DNA of 64,000 nt, taken from assembly GCA_040389905.1 (NCBI GenBank), contig JAZJZK010000007.1:127482-191481 (forward strand), given 5' to 3'. A model generated the notes under the pieces. The model worked only from the letters and a program-made list of their open reading frames with translations. It was not told the origin of the DNA and searched no databases. The first letter of the stretch is position 1; every line of letters starts with the position of its first letter. This DNA is from Gemmatimonadota bacterium. GTDB taxonomy: Bacteria > Gemmatimonadota > Gemmatimonadetes > Gemmatimonadales > Gemmatimonadaceae. Below, one piece after another: positions 17,811 to 26,590 of the stretch. The position numbers were made by a program, and so were the translations under genes.

Positions 17811-19211
17811 CTAGCCGAGCGTGAGTGCACCGGTGCTGTCGCCAAAGCTCTTCATGTCGTCGAGGCCAAGCGAGTGCATCAACGCGAGCATCGCGTTGGC
17901 CATGGGCGTGCCATCCGGTGCCTTGAGATGCAGGTTGCCCGGAATGCGCCCATTGCCGTGGCCAAGCACGATCAACGGGCAGCGCCGGTGATTGTGCACG
18001 TTGGGGTCGCCCATCGGAGAGCCGTACATGATGACCGTCTTCTCCAGCAGGTTCGTGTCGCCTTCCATCGAGCTCTGAAGCCGTTCGAGGAAATACGGCA
18101 GCATGCCGACGTGATACTTGTTGATCAGGTTGAAATCCATGATTGCCGCTTCGCGGCCGCCGTGGTGTGAAGCGGGATGGAAGCCTTTGTCCGTGCCGCT
18201 CTCGGGATACGCTCGGCTCGATGCATCACGCCCCGTCTTGAACGAGAACACCCGCGTCATGTCCGACTGGAAGGCCAGGACCTGGAAATCGAACATCAAC
18301 TTCATGTGCTCCGCGAAGGAATCCGGCACACCGCTCGGCGCCTCCGGAATCTCTCGGCCCTCTCCGCTCCGGTTGCGCGCTTCCACGGCCTGAATGCGCT
18401 GCTCCAGCTCGCGAACGTCCTGGAGATACTTGTCGATGCGATGCTTGTCCTGCGGACCGAGTCCCTTCTTTACGGCCGCGACCTCACCCGTGATCCAGTC
18501 GAGGATGCTCTGGTTGGTTTTCCGCCGAGCGCCGCGATCGGTGTTGTTGTTCCCCGCACCGAAGAGGATGTCAAAGGCAACCCGCGGATTGCGGATCATC
18601 GGAAGTGGTTCGGTCGGGCTCGCCCAGCTGATGGTGTCGGTGTACGCGCAGGCATAGTTGTAATCGCACCCGCCGGCCTGGTCGAGATTCTCGATGCACA
18701 GTTGCATCGACGGAATCGCCGTATCGCCGCCGATGCGCCGCGCAACGATCTGGTCGAGCGACGTGCCGACGAAGAGATCGGAGCCTTGCGTCTGCTTCGG
18801 GTGTGACTGCGTGAGAAACACGGCGCTCGACCGGAAGTGATCGCCACCGATTTCCGGCGCGGAAAACGGCTCGGCCATTCGCACGTCGGTGTTACTCACG
18901 ATCGTGAGATGCTTGCGCCACGCGTCGAGCGGCGACAGCGCGTTGATGGGACTCAATTCGAAGTTGCGGCCGACTTCCGCCGGTGCCCACAGGTTCTTGG
19001 TCGCGCCCCACGCGTTGGATCCAGCCGCGCCGTGCACCGACTCGATTGCCACGAATCGCGTCTTCTCCGCCGCCGCCGTCGCCGCCGCGCCTCGCGCCCC
19101 GAGCTTGCCGAGTGCGGGCATCATCGCGTCGAGGTAGGGTAGGGCAATCATCGCTCCCGCACTCTTGAGAAAAGTGCGGCGGTGCATCGCCTCTCGCGTC
19201 AGGTAATTCAT
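17811..19211 (-). CDS. DUF1552 (HxxSHH) protein, Tat signal
   Basis: RRTFLK...LPYLDAM; HPASHH; SILD. Confidence 0.88.
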   Translation of the reverse strand: MNYLTREAMHRRTFLKSAGAMIALPYLDAMMPALGKLGARGAAATAAAEKTRFVAIESVHGAAGSNAWGATKNLWAPAEVGRNFELSPINALSPLDAWRKHLTIVSNTDVRMAEPFSAPEIGGDHFRSSAVFLTQSHPKQTQGSDLFVGTSLDQIVARRIGGDTAIPSMQLCIENLDQAGGCDYNYACAYTDTISWASPTEPLPMIRNPRVAFDILFGAGNNNTDRGARRKTNQSILDWITGEVAAVKKGLGPQDKHRIDKYLQDVRELEQRIQAVEARNRSGEGREIPEAPSGVPDSFAEHMKLMFDFQVLAFQSDMTRVFSFKTGRDASSRAYPESGTDKGFHPASHHGGREAAIMDFNLINKYHVGMLPYFLERLQSSMEGDTNLLEKTVIMYGSPMGDPNVHNHRRCPLIVLGHGNGRIPGNLHLKAPDGTPMANAMLALMHSLGLDDMKSFGDSTGALTLG

Positions 19212-19312
19212 TGGTTGGTCCGTTAGCTGTTTGGGTGCACCGGGCAAACTGTCGTCGTTCGCTCAACCTTCATTCCTACCGCCGAGGGCAACGCGTAATC
19301 GCAAAAGCCTTA

Positions 19313-19399
19313 ACCACAGAGGACACAGAGGACACAGAGAAAACCAGAGGCCCATCGAGTTGTTCCGCAGTCCTCTGTGTTCTCTGTGTCCCCTGTGGT
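19313..19399. repeat. Palindromic repeat family D (CACAGAGGA units), copy 1
   Basis: accacagaggacacagaggacacagag ... ctctgtgttctctgtgtcccctgtggt. Confidence 0.88.
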
Positions 19400-19419
19400 A
19401 AGTGTTTTTCAGTTCTTTA

Positions 19420-21903
19420 CTACTTGTTGTCATCCATGGTCGCCGCCACTTCATCCGCACGCTTCGACCTGAAGGCCGTACTGTTGATGATCCCCGCAAT
19501 GAACGCCGACATCTTGTATCCACTCGCTTCCGCCTGCCTGGTGATGGCCCGAACCGTCGGCTGATCGTAGTCCTCGATCCGGCGTCCGAGCGCATACGCC
19601 ATCAGGTTTTCCGTGAACGTTCGCATCAACGGAATCGGCCGAGACAGCAACGCCCGGCTCAGATCGTTCGGCGTCGCAACGTCGGTCCCGTCGTACATAC
19701 GGCCGTGCGTGTCCAGCTCGGTGGTGTTTTCGCGATAGCGCCAGCGGCCCGTCACGTCGAAGTTGTCCAGCGCCAGGCCGATGGGATCCATGTACTGGTG
19801 GCACGCATTGCACGTCGGATTTTTTCTGTGCTGCTCCATGCGTTGCCGCGTGGTAAGCGGCTTGCCGTCTTTCGCGTCAGAGGTCTCGTCGAGCCCCGGC
19901 ACGTCTGGCGGCGGTGGTGGTGGAGGCATGCCGATCAAGACCTGCATGACCCACTTGCCGCGCAGGACTGGCGACGTGCGGTTGGCGAGGGAGGTCTGCA
20001 CCAGCACGCTGCCCTGGCCAAGCAGCCCGCGGCGCGTGTTGTCCGGGTACGACACCTTGCGAAACGCCGGGCCCGAGACGTTTGGAATGCGGTAGTGCCG
20101 AGCCAGCCGCTCGTTGAGGAACGTGTAGTCAGCCGTGAAGAGATCCAGCACGCTCCGGTCGTTCTCCACGATGTCAGCGAAGAAGAGCTCCGTCTCCTTC
20201 TTCATCGCGTCGCCCAGCTGCTGGTCGTAGTCCGGAAACCAGAACACGTCCGGCCGGACTTTCTCGATGTCCTGCAATCGCAGCCACTGCGCCGCGAAGC
20301 GTGTCGACAACGCGTCGGCGCGCGGATCTGCGAGCATGCGCTTCACCTGCTTGTCGAGCGTCACCGGGTTCGACAGCTTGCCCGCCTTGGCGAGCGTGAG
20401 CAGTTCGTCATCGGGAATGCTTCCCCAGAGGAAGAACGAGAGCCGCGAGGCGAGGTCAACGTCGCTCACATTGTACATCGCGCCCGGCGCAACAGGCGGT
20501 GCCGGCGACTCGAATCGGAAGACGAAATACGGGCTCGCCAGGATCGCCTGCAGCGCCATGCGAATGCCTTCGTCGAAACCCGCGGTGGCCGCGGTGGTCC
20601 GATAGAACCCGATGAGTCCTTCCTTGTCGCGCGCGGTCAACGGACGGCGATATGCGCGCGTCGCCAGCTGCGTGATGATCTTGTCCGCGCAGGGGGCTTC
20701 CTGCGCTTTCGTCTTCGGCTGGCAGGTGAAGATCATCTTGCGGCTCGGGGTCTCCGGCGCAGCGCCGGCCTTTTCCGGCCCGATGACGCTCACGTCGATG
20801 ACGTGCGGCGGCGTCGTCGTCCCGGAACTGGCACTCCCGTGATTCGCCTGCGACCAGAGGTGCGGCTTGATGAGATCTTCGTACGGTCCTTCCGATTTCC
20901 GGACAAATGCTGCACTCACGCGACGCTGCCCCGCCTTGATCCGGATTGGCTCCGTGCGGTAATAGTCGGCACCGAGAATGTTGTCCGCGGAGTTGACGGA
21001 ACGTTCAACACCGCGCTCATAGTGAAGCAACGCGACGCGCTCGCCATCAACCGAGATATCGATGTCCTCGAGCTTCGTGCCGACCCCGCCCTCGACATTG
21101 ACGCGCAGCGTGTACATGCCGTCCGCGGGAAATGCATGCTCGGCGACGACCCCACCACGTGTGCCGTATGGCGCGCCATCGACGTGGTCCCACTCGTGCT
21201 GCGACGTGTACGGCGACGCGGTATACGTCGTCATGAGGTTTGCCGCGCTACGGTCGCCGAGTGCCATTCGGCTGACTGCCGCCGCCGCGTTGAGGTACGA
21301 CTCGAGGAGCGTCGCCGACAGCGACTGGACGTCCGCGATGTTGTCGAAGTTCGCGCTCTTGGTGTCGAGCGGCAGGTAGTCGGCGGCGTTGACGTCCACG
21401 CCGATGAGGTCCCGCACGGCACGTTCGTATTCGGGCCGATTCAGGCGGGGAAACGTGCGCGCTCCGGGCGTTGGGCGCGCCGCCTTGTCGATGATCTCCT
21501 CCATCGCGACGGCGAGCGCCGTCAGCGTGTCACCGAGAGGGCGCGATGCGCCCGGCGGCGGCATCATCTGCGCGCGCAGCTTGCGGATCATCTTCTCAGC
21601 GGTCGGCAGGCGCTCCGGCGTGAACACCGAATCGAGATTGAAGTCCGACAGCGAGAGATTTCCGCTCAGCGTGGCCGGATTGTGGCAGTCTTCGCAGAAC
21701 CGTCCGACGACGTCGTTGAGCGCGGCGGTGCGGGCACTCTTCGATACGTTGTGAACTCGCGGAGGCGGGGGCGCTGGAGGGCGGCGCTTGACCGGTTCCC
21801 GGGTGCGAGGCGCGTCGCCTCGAGACACGGCACGCGCGCCAGCATCAGCGGCGACGACCAGCCCAGCCATCATCAGTCCTACCGCGATTCGAACACCCGT
21901 CAT
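19420..21903 (-). CDS. DUF1592/1587/1588/1585/1595 cytochrome c-type protein
   Basis: CEDCH and CNACH heme motifs; RLNRPEY, LASRLSFFLW, TSPVLRGKW, DPIGLALDNFD. Confidence 0.9.
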   Translation of the reverse strand: MTGVRIAVGLMMAGLVVAADAGARAVSRGDAPRTREPVKRRPPAPPPPRVHNVSKSARTAALNDVVGRFCEDCHNPATLSGNLSLSDFNLDSVFTPERLPTAEKMIRKLRAQMMPPPGASRPLGDTLTALAVAMEEIIDKAARPTPGARTFPRLNRPEYERAVRDLIGVDVNAADYLPLDTKSANFDNIADVQSLSATLLESYLNAAAAVSRMALGDRSAANLMTTYTASPYTSQHEWDHVDGAPYGTRGGVVAEHAFPADGMYTLRVNVEGGVGTKLEDIDISVDGERVALLHYERGVERSVNSADNILGADYYRTEPIRIKAGQRRVSAAFVRKSEGPYEDLIKPHLWSQANHGSASSGTTTPPHVIDVSVIGPEKAGAAPETPSRKMIFTCQPKTKAQEAPCADKIITQLATRAYRRPLTARDKEGLIGFYRTTAATAGFDEGIRMALQAILASPYFVFRFESPAPPVAPGAMYNVSDVDLASRLSFFLWGSIPDDELLTLAKAGKLSNPVTLDKQVKRMLADPRADALSTRFAAQWLRLQDIEKVRPDVFWFPDYDQQLGDAMKKETELFFADIVENDRSVLDLFTADYTFLNERLARHYRIPNVSGPAFRKVSYPDNTRRGLLGQGSVLVQTSLANRTSPVLRGKWVMQVLIGMPPPPPPPDVPGLDETSDAKDGKPLTTRQRMEQHRKNPTCNACHQYMDPIGLALDNFDVTGRWRYRENTTELDTHGRMYDGTDVATPNDLSRALLSRPIPLMRTFTENLMAYALGRRIEDYDQPTVRAITRQAEASGYKMSAFIAGIINSTAFRSKRADEVAATMDDNK

Positions 21904-22228
21904 GAATGGTGCTTCTCCCTTCGGCTGGTTCCTGATCGCGCATCCCCTGTCATCGGGTCGCGTGTCCGCCAAATCTTTTGGCGGTTGAAGCGGCAAAATC
22001 CCCACCACGTACCCCGTCATGCACGAAGCAGGGGGCAAAGTGGGCCGGCATCGGCATCAAGGTACAGTCTTTTGCTCTCTCAAGCCATGCCAAACGTTTC
22101 CATCCCTTGCCGCCTTTTGTTTTCGCGGGCATCCTACCGCGCGGCCGTTTGGCTTTCACCCCGTCACCACGCTACCGATGCGTCGTACGACATCGATCTT
22201 TTACTACGGCTCCACCCGCAAGAGAGTT

Positions 22229-23290
22229 GTGAACCGAATTTTGGCGGCAGGGATCGCCATGATCGCGGCGTCCCCAACCATCGTTTCGGCGCAGGGGCGG
22301 TGCGGCGGTGAGCGCGCCGGTACGCCCGCGTGCGACACGACGCCGGCGAAGCTCCCATTCGCGCCGACCGGGTGGAAAACCGTGGCGCTCGACCACTTCT
22401 CCATTCAGGCGACCGACTACAAGCGCGAGGCGGCCTACTACGCGACGCTCATGAACTGGAAGGTTCGGAGCGATGACGGAACGAAGGCCGTTCTCGACAT
22501 CGGCGACGTTGGCAGCGTCGAGATTCGCGGCGGATTCGTGTCGCCTCCGCCACCGCCCGCGCGCGCCGCAACGGATACTGCCGCGGGCCGTGGACGCGGC
22601 GGCGGCGGGGCGCGCGCCCCGCGGCGCAACGCGTGGGACAACTTCTGTTGGGTGATCGCGCCGTGGGATACGAAGACCGTGGAGGCGGAGCTGCGGAAGC
22701 GCGGCCTCAACCCAGTGGCGGATCATGACGGAAAGTTCGAGAGCTTTCACGTGAAGGATCCGGACGGATTCGATGTGCAGATCAGCAACGGAGCGCACGT
22801 CGCAATGCGCAAGTCCGCTCCTGCCAACGCAGCCCTCCCGGCTCCGGCTCCGTTCGCGCCGACCGACTGGAAGACCATCTGGCTCGATCACATCTCCTTT
22901 GAAGTGACAAACTACAAGGAGAGCACGGCGTTCTACGTCGCGCTCCTCGGCTGGACGCCGACGGGGGACGAGGGCAGCCAGAACGAGGTCGAAATCGGTG
23001 ACTTGGGCAACGTCATCATTCGCGGTGGCAACCCCGCCACCTTCGCGGGCGGCGTGACACCGCCTCGGCGCGTTTCGATCGGCCACGTGTCCTTCGGGTT
23101 CACGCCCTGGGATACGGACAAAGTGAAGGCCGAGCTCGACAAGCGTGGACTCACCGGCCGAGCCGATACGGGTGGCAAGGGCGACATTCACGACGAAGCC
23201 GCGAAGTACAAGAGCTATCACACGACGACTCCTGATGGATTCGATCTCCAGATCAGTAACGCCACCAGGGCGAACCGCACGGTTCGTTGA
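22229..23290 (+). CDS. Secreted tandem VOC/glyoxalase-fold protein
   Basis: Two LDHxS...Y...L.W and PDGFDxQI modules; GTG start inferred. Confidence 0.75.
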   Translation: MNRILAAGIAMIAASPTIVSAQGRCGGERAGTPACDTTPAKLPFAPTGWKTVALDHFSIQATDYKREAAYYATLMNWKVRSDDGTKAVLDIGDVGSVEIRGGFVSPPPPPARAATDTAAGRGRGGGGARAPRRNAWDNFCWVIAPWDTKTVEAELRKRGLNPVADHDGKFESFHVKDPDGFDVQISNGAHVAMRKSAPANAALPAPAPFAPTDWKTIWLDHISFEVTNYKESTAFYVALLGWTPTGDEGSQNEVEIGDLGNVIIRGGNPATFAGGVTPPRRVSIGHVSFGFTPWDTDKVKAELDKRGLTGRADTGGKGDIHDEAAKYKSYHTTTPDGFDLQISNATRANRTVR

Positions 23291-23304
23291 CTCGAGGACT
23301 ACCA

Positions 23305-24153
23305 ATGAATCGCCTCCTGACCTCCATCTCAGTCCTCGCGCTACCCGCCGCGATGGCCTGTGCGCACGCTCCGGTCCGAAGCGCACCGAGCTCGGCTGAA
23401 CCACTCGTCGAGTTCGAGATGATGACGTGGCCAGAGGTCAAGCAGGCCTTTGCCGACGGCAAGACAACGGCCCTTGTCTACACTGGCGGCACCGAGCAGC
23501 GAGGACCGCAGAACGTGAATGGCGGTCACACGCTGATGGGTCGCGCCACCGTGAAGGCGATCGCGCAACAACTCGGTAATGCGCTAGCCCTACCCGTGCT
23601 GCCGTACACGCCGAACAACGCGAGCGCGACGCTGCCGGGTACGATTGGCCTCACCCCCGAACTCCTCGGGATGTTGCTCGAACGCATCGCGGAGCAGGCC
23701 ATTGTGACCGGCTTCAAGAACGTGGTGCTGATGGGCGACCACGGCGGAGGCCAACCGAATACCTATCGCGACGTCGCGAAGAAGCTCGATGACAGGTATG
23801 CCCCGAAGGGCATTCACGTCTACTACTGCGACGACACCTACATCAAGCAAGCGGCCGACTTCGACAAATGGTTGGCGGATAATGGCTATCCCGCGAGCTC
23901 ACATGCGGGCATTCCCGATACGTCGGAAATGATGTACCTGAGCGACGGCACGTGGGTGCGTCTCGACATCGTGAAGGACGCAGTCGGGGATTTGGTGTTG
24001 CCGCGTGGAGCGACACGTGATGCGAACGCTCCCCGGGTGAATAACGGCATCACCGGTGACGCGCGCCGGTCAAGTGCGGAGATTGGGCAGAAGGTGTTCG
24101 ATTTGAAGGTGGAGTATGCGGTGAAGCAGATCAGAGGCTTCATACCGCGATGA
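23305..24153 (+). CDS. Creatininase family protein
   Basis: MTWPEV, GGTEQRGP, DHGGG, HAGIPDTS. Confidence 0.85.
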   Translation: MNRLLTSISVLALPAAMACAHAPVRSAPSSAEPLVEFEMMTWPEVKQAFADGKTTALVYTGGTEQRGPQNVNGGHTLMGRATVKAIAQQLGNALALPVLPYTPNNASATLPGTIGLTPELLGMLLERIAEQAIVTGFKNVVLMGDHGGGQPNTYRDVAKKLDDRYAPKGIHVYYCDDTYIKQAADFDKWLADNGYPASSHAGIPDTSEMMYLSDGTWVRLDIVKDAVGDLVLPRGATRDANAPRVNNGITGDARRSSAEIGQKVFDLKVEYAVKQIRGFIPR

Positions 24154-24204
24154 GCCTCACCAGCATTTGGACTTCGGCGGCGATCACACAGGCGGCGCCA
24201 TCTT

Positions 24205-24397
24205 ACCGCGGAGGGCGCAGAGGAGCAGAGGAACGCAGAGGAAAAGCGAGGAGCAGGCCCTTCGCTTCGCTCAGGGCGACAAAACGGACCTTCGAACGTT
24301 ATTATCACCCCGAGCGAGCGCAGCGAGTCGAGGGGGTCTGCACCCTCTGTGGTCCGCAGTCCTCTGCGCTCCTCTGCTCCTCCGCGTCCTCTGCGGT
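24205..24397. repeat. REP/MITE-like element family A, copy 3, enclosing family B and half family C units
   Basis: Arms 24205-24242 / 24360-24397. Confidence 0.88.
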
Positions 24398-24404
24398 AGA
24401 ATGA

Positions 24405-25328
24405 CTACGACACTTTGGTCAACCACGATGCATACGCGGGGAGCCTCCCGTGTACGGCATCGAAGAAGACGCCCTGCAATTGTCGCGTAACCGCGCCGGG
24501 CTCCCCAGAGCCGATAACCCGCCCATCCACTTCCTTGATCGGTGTGATCTCCACCGCGGTCCCGGAGAAGAACAGTTCATCCGCCATCTCGACATCCATC
24601 AACGAAAGAGGCCGCAGGACCACGGAGAGGCCAAGATCGCGGGCAATTTCGATGACGGCGTCGCGAGTGATCCCAGCCACGATCGACGCATTGACGTCGT
24701 TCGTGATGACCGCGCCGTTCTTTACGATGAAGAGGTTCGCGCCCGATCCTTCGGCGACGTCGCCCTGGGTGTTGCACATGAGCGCGTCGTCGTAGCCGCG
24801 ACGAATCGCCTCCTGCACGGCGCGCACGGAATTGGTGTAGTGCCCGCACGCTTTCACGAAGGGCGGCAACGTCGACGAATCGATCCGTTTCACCGTGGAC
24901 ACCGTGACGCGTGCTCCGTGATCCGGTCCGCCCTGGATGTACTGCCTGCCCGGCACGGCGATAATCGCAACCGTCACGGGACAGTCCTTCGGCCACACGC
25001 TGAAGGAATACGAGTCGAAGACGGCGATCGGCCGCAGATACGCGTTCTCGAGCTTGTTCGCGCGCACGACATCGCACGCCGCGGCGCAGAGCGCGTCGAA
25101 TGAGTAGCCCAGGTCGATTTCATAGAACGATGCGGACGCGGCAAGGCGCCGCATGTGCGCGTCGAGACGAAAAATCGCCGGGCCGTCGGCGGTGTCGTAG
25201 GAGCGAATACCCTCGAAGACACCCGTTCCGTAGTGCAGGCCGTGCGCGGTGATGTGGATCTGCGCTGAATCCCACGGAACCAGCGCGCCGTTCATCCAGA
25301 TGACATCCGCCTTCGTGAATCCCGCCAT
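24405..25328 (-). CDS. ilvE: Branched-chain amino acid aminotransferase
   Basis: LHYGTGVFEGIR, KACGHY, EGSGANLF, GITR, GTAVEITP. Confidence 0.9.
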   Translation of the reverse strand: MAGFTKADVIWMNGALVPWDSAQIHITAHGLHYGTGVFEGIRSYDTADGPAIFRLDAHMRRLAASASFYEIDLGYSFDALCAAACDVVRANKLENAYLRPIAVFDSYSFSVWPKDCPVTVAIIAVPGRQYIQGGPDHGARVTVSTVKRIDSSTLPPFVKACGHYTNSVRAVQEAIRRGYDDALMCNTQGDVAEGSGANLFIVKNGAVITNDVNASIVAGITRDAVIEIARDLGLSVVLRPLSLMDVEMADELFFSGTAVEITPIKEVDGRVIGSGEPGAVTRQLQGVFFDAVHGRLPAYASWLTKVS

Positions 25329-25509
25329 TCCGTCTCCTCGCGTGTAGTCGAACCGGCCGAATAATCCGCCGTGAAAATGCCGAGACGTTCCCGTCGCGGC
25401 AATACGCGGTGGCGATCTGTTGAAGCGCGAAGGTGACGGCGGATACCCATCGTGGGTAATTCACGGCAGAGAACCGATCGAGATGGCATCACCACCACAC
25501 TCAAGGGCC

Positions 25510-26073
25510 ATGTCCTTTCGCGCCACCTGCATTCGAGCGATGTGTTTTGTGGTCGTCGGCCTCACGGCCTTCACGCGCACGGCAAGCGGGCAGTCAACGC
25601 CCCTCGACGCGCGCGTCGAAGCGGACCTCGACAGGCTTCGCTCGGCGACGCGCGCCTTCCAGACGCTCGATTCCGCCGTGGCCGCCGGCTATCCGCGCGA
25701 GGTGGCCGATTGTCTCGTCCATGAGCATCACGGCGCCATGGGGTACCACCACGTGAATCGCACCTATCTCGCGCCGACGCTCGACATCACGCGCCCGCAG
25801 ATTCTGCTGTACGAGCGCAAGCCGGATGGCGCGTACAAGCTCAACGGTGTCGAGTTCATCATCCCGTACCGCCTCTACCCCCGGGATTCCATCGCGCCGG
25901 TCTTTCTTGGCAGGACGCTCGCGCGCGAAGACAACCTCAACATCTGGTACTTGCACGTCTGGGCCTGGACCACCAACGCCGACGGCATATTCGCTAACTT
26001 CAATCCGGCCGTCTCATGTCCTGGTGCGAGCAAGGTGTACAAGCCGTTCACGCGAGACGCGGGCTCCTTCTGA
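25510..26073 (+). CDS. Hypothetical secreted protein
   Basis: GAMGYHHVN, PQILLYE, LHVWAW, FANFNP conserved-looking motifs; start uncertain. Confidence 0.65.
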   Translation: MSFRATCIRAMCFVVVGLTAFTRTASGQSTPLDARVEADLDRLRSATRAFQTLDSAVAAGYPREVADCLVHEHHGAMGYHHVNRTYLAPTLDITRPQILLYERKPDGAYKLNGVEFIIPYRLYPRDSIAPVFLGRTLAREDNLNIWYLHVWAWTTNADGIFANFNPAVSCPGASKVYKPFTRDAGSF

Positions 26074-26095
26074 TCACTCGAAACCCCTGGTCCGT

Positions 26096-26590
26096 ATGCG
26101 CTACATCATGAAGCAGAAGCTGTTCTCATGGGGCGACGATTTCTTCATCAAGGATGAGAACGAGCGCGACGTCTACTTCGTGGACGGCAAGGCATTCAGC
26201 TTTGGGGACCAACTGTCACTCCAGGACCTGAATGGCAATGAGTTGGCGTTCATCAAGCAGCGCGTGCTCGCGTGGGGCAAGACGTACGAGATCTTTCGAG
26301 ACGGTTCGCTGGCGGCAGTGGTGAAGAAGGAACTGTTCGCCTTCTTCCACCATCGTTTCACCGTCGACGTTCCTGGCCCGGACGACCTCGAGGCCGAGGG
26401 CGATTTCATGGATCACGAGTACGCATTCCGCCGAGGCGACCGTGTCGTCGCAACCGTATCGAAGAAGTGGTTCAGTTGGACGGACACCTACGGCATCGAT
26501 ATCGCCGACGGCGAGGATGACGTACTCATCCTCGCCAGCGCCGTCGTCGTCGACCAGGCCTGCCATCCCGACGACGGGAAACGCCATTAG
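26096..26590 (+). CDS. LURP-one/YxjI (Tubby C-like) protein
   Basis: MRYIMKQKLFSWGDDF, SKKWFSWTDTY. Confidence 0.88.
   Translation: MRYIMKQKLFSWGDDFFIKDENERDVYFVDGKAFSFGDQLSLQDLNGNELAFIKQRVLAWGKTYEIFRDGSLAAVVKKELFAFFHHRFTVDVPGPDDLEAEGDFMDHEYAFRRGDRVVATVSKKWFSWTDTYGIDIADGEDDVLILASAVVVDQACHPDDGKRH

Noticed and set aside
19402..22311. 969-aa + strand ORF and similar long antisense ORFs (e.g. 39274-40908, 58038-59903, 16812-18170)
   Set aside because: Shadows of real opposite-strand genes in high-GC DNA; no motifs
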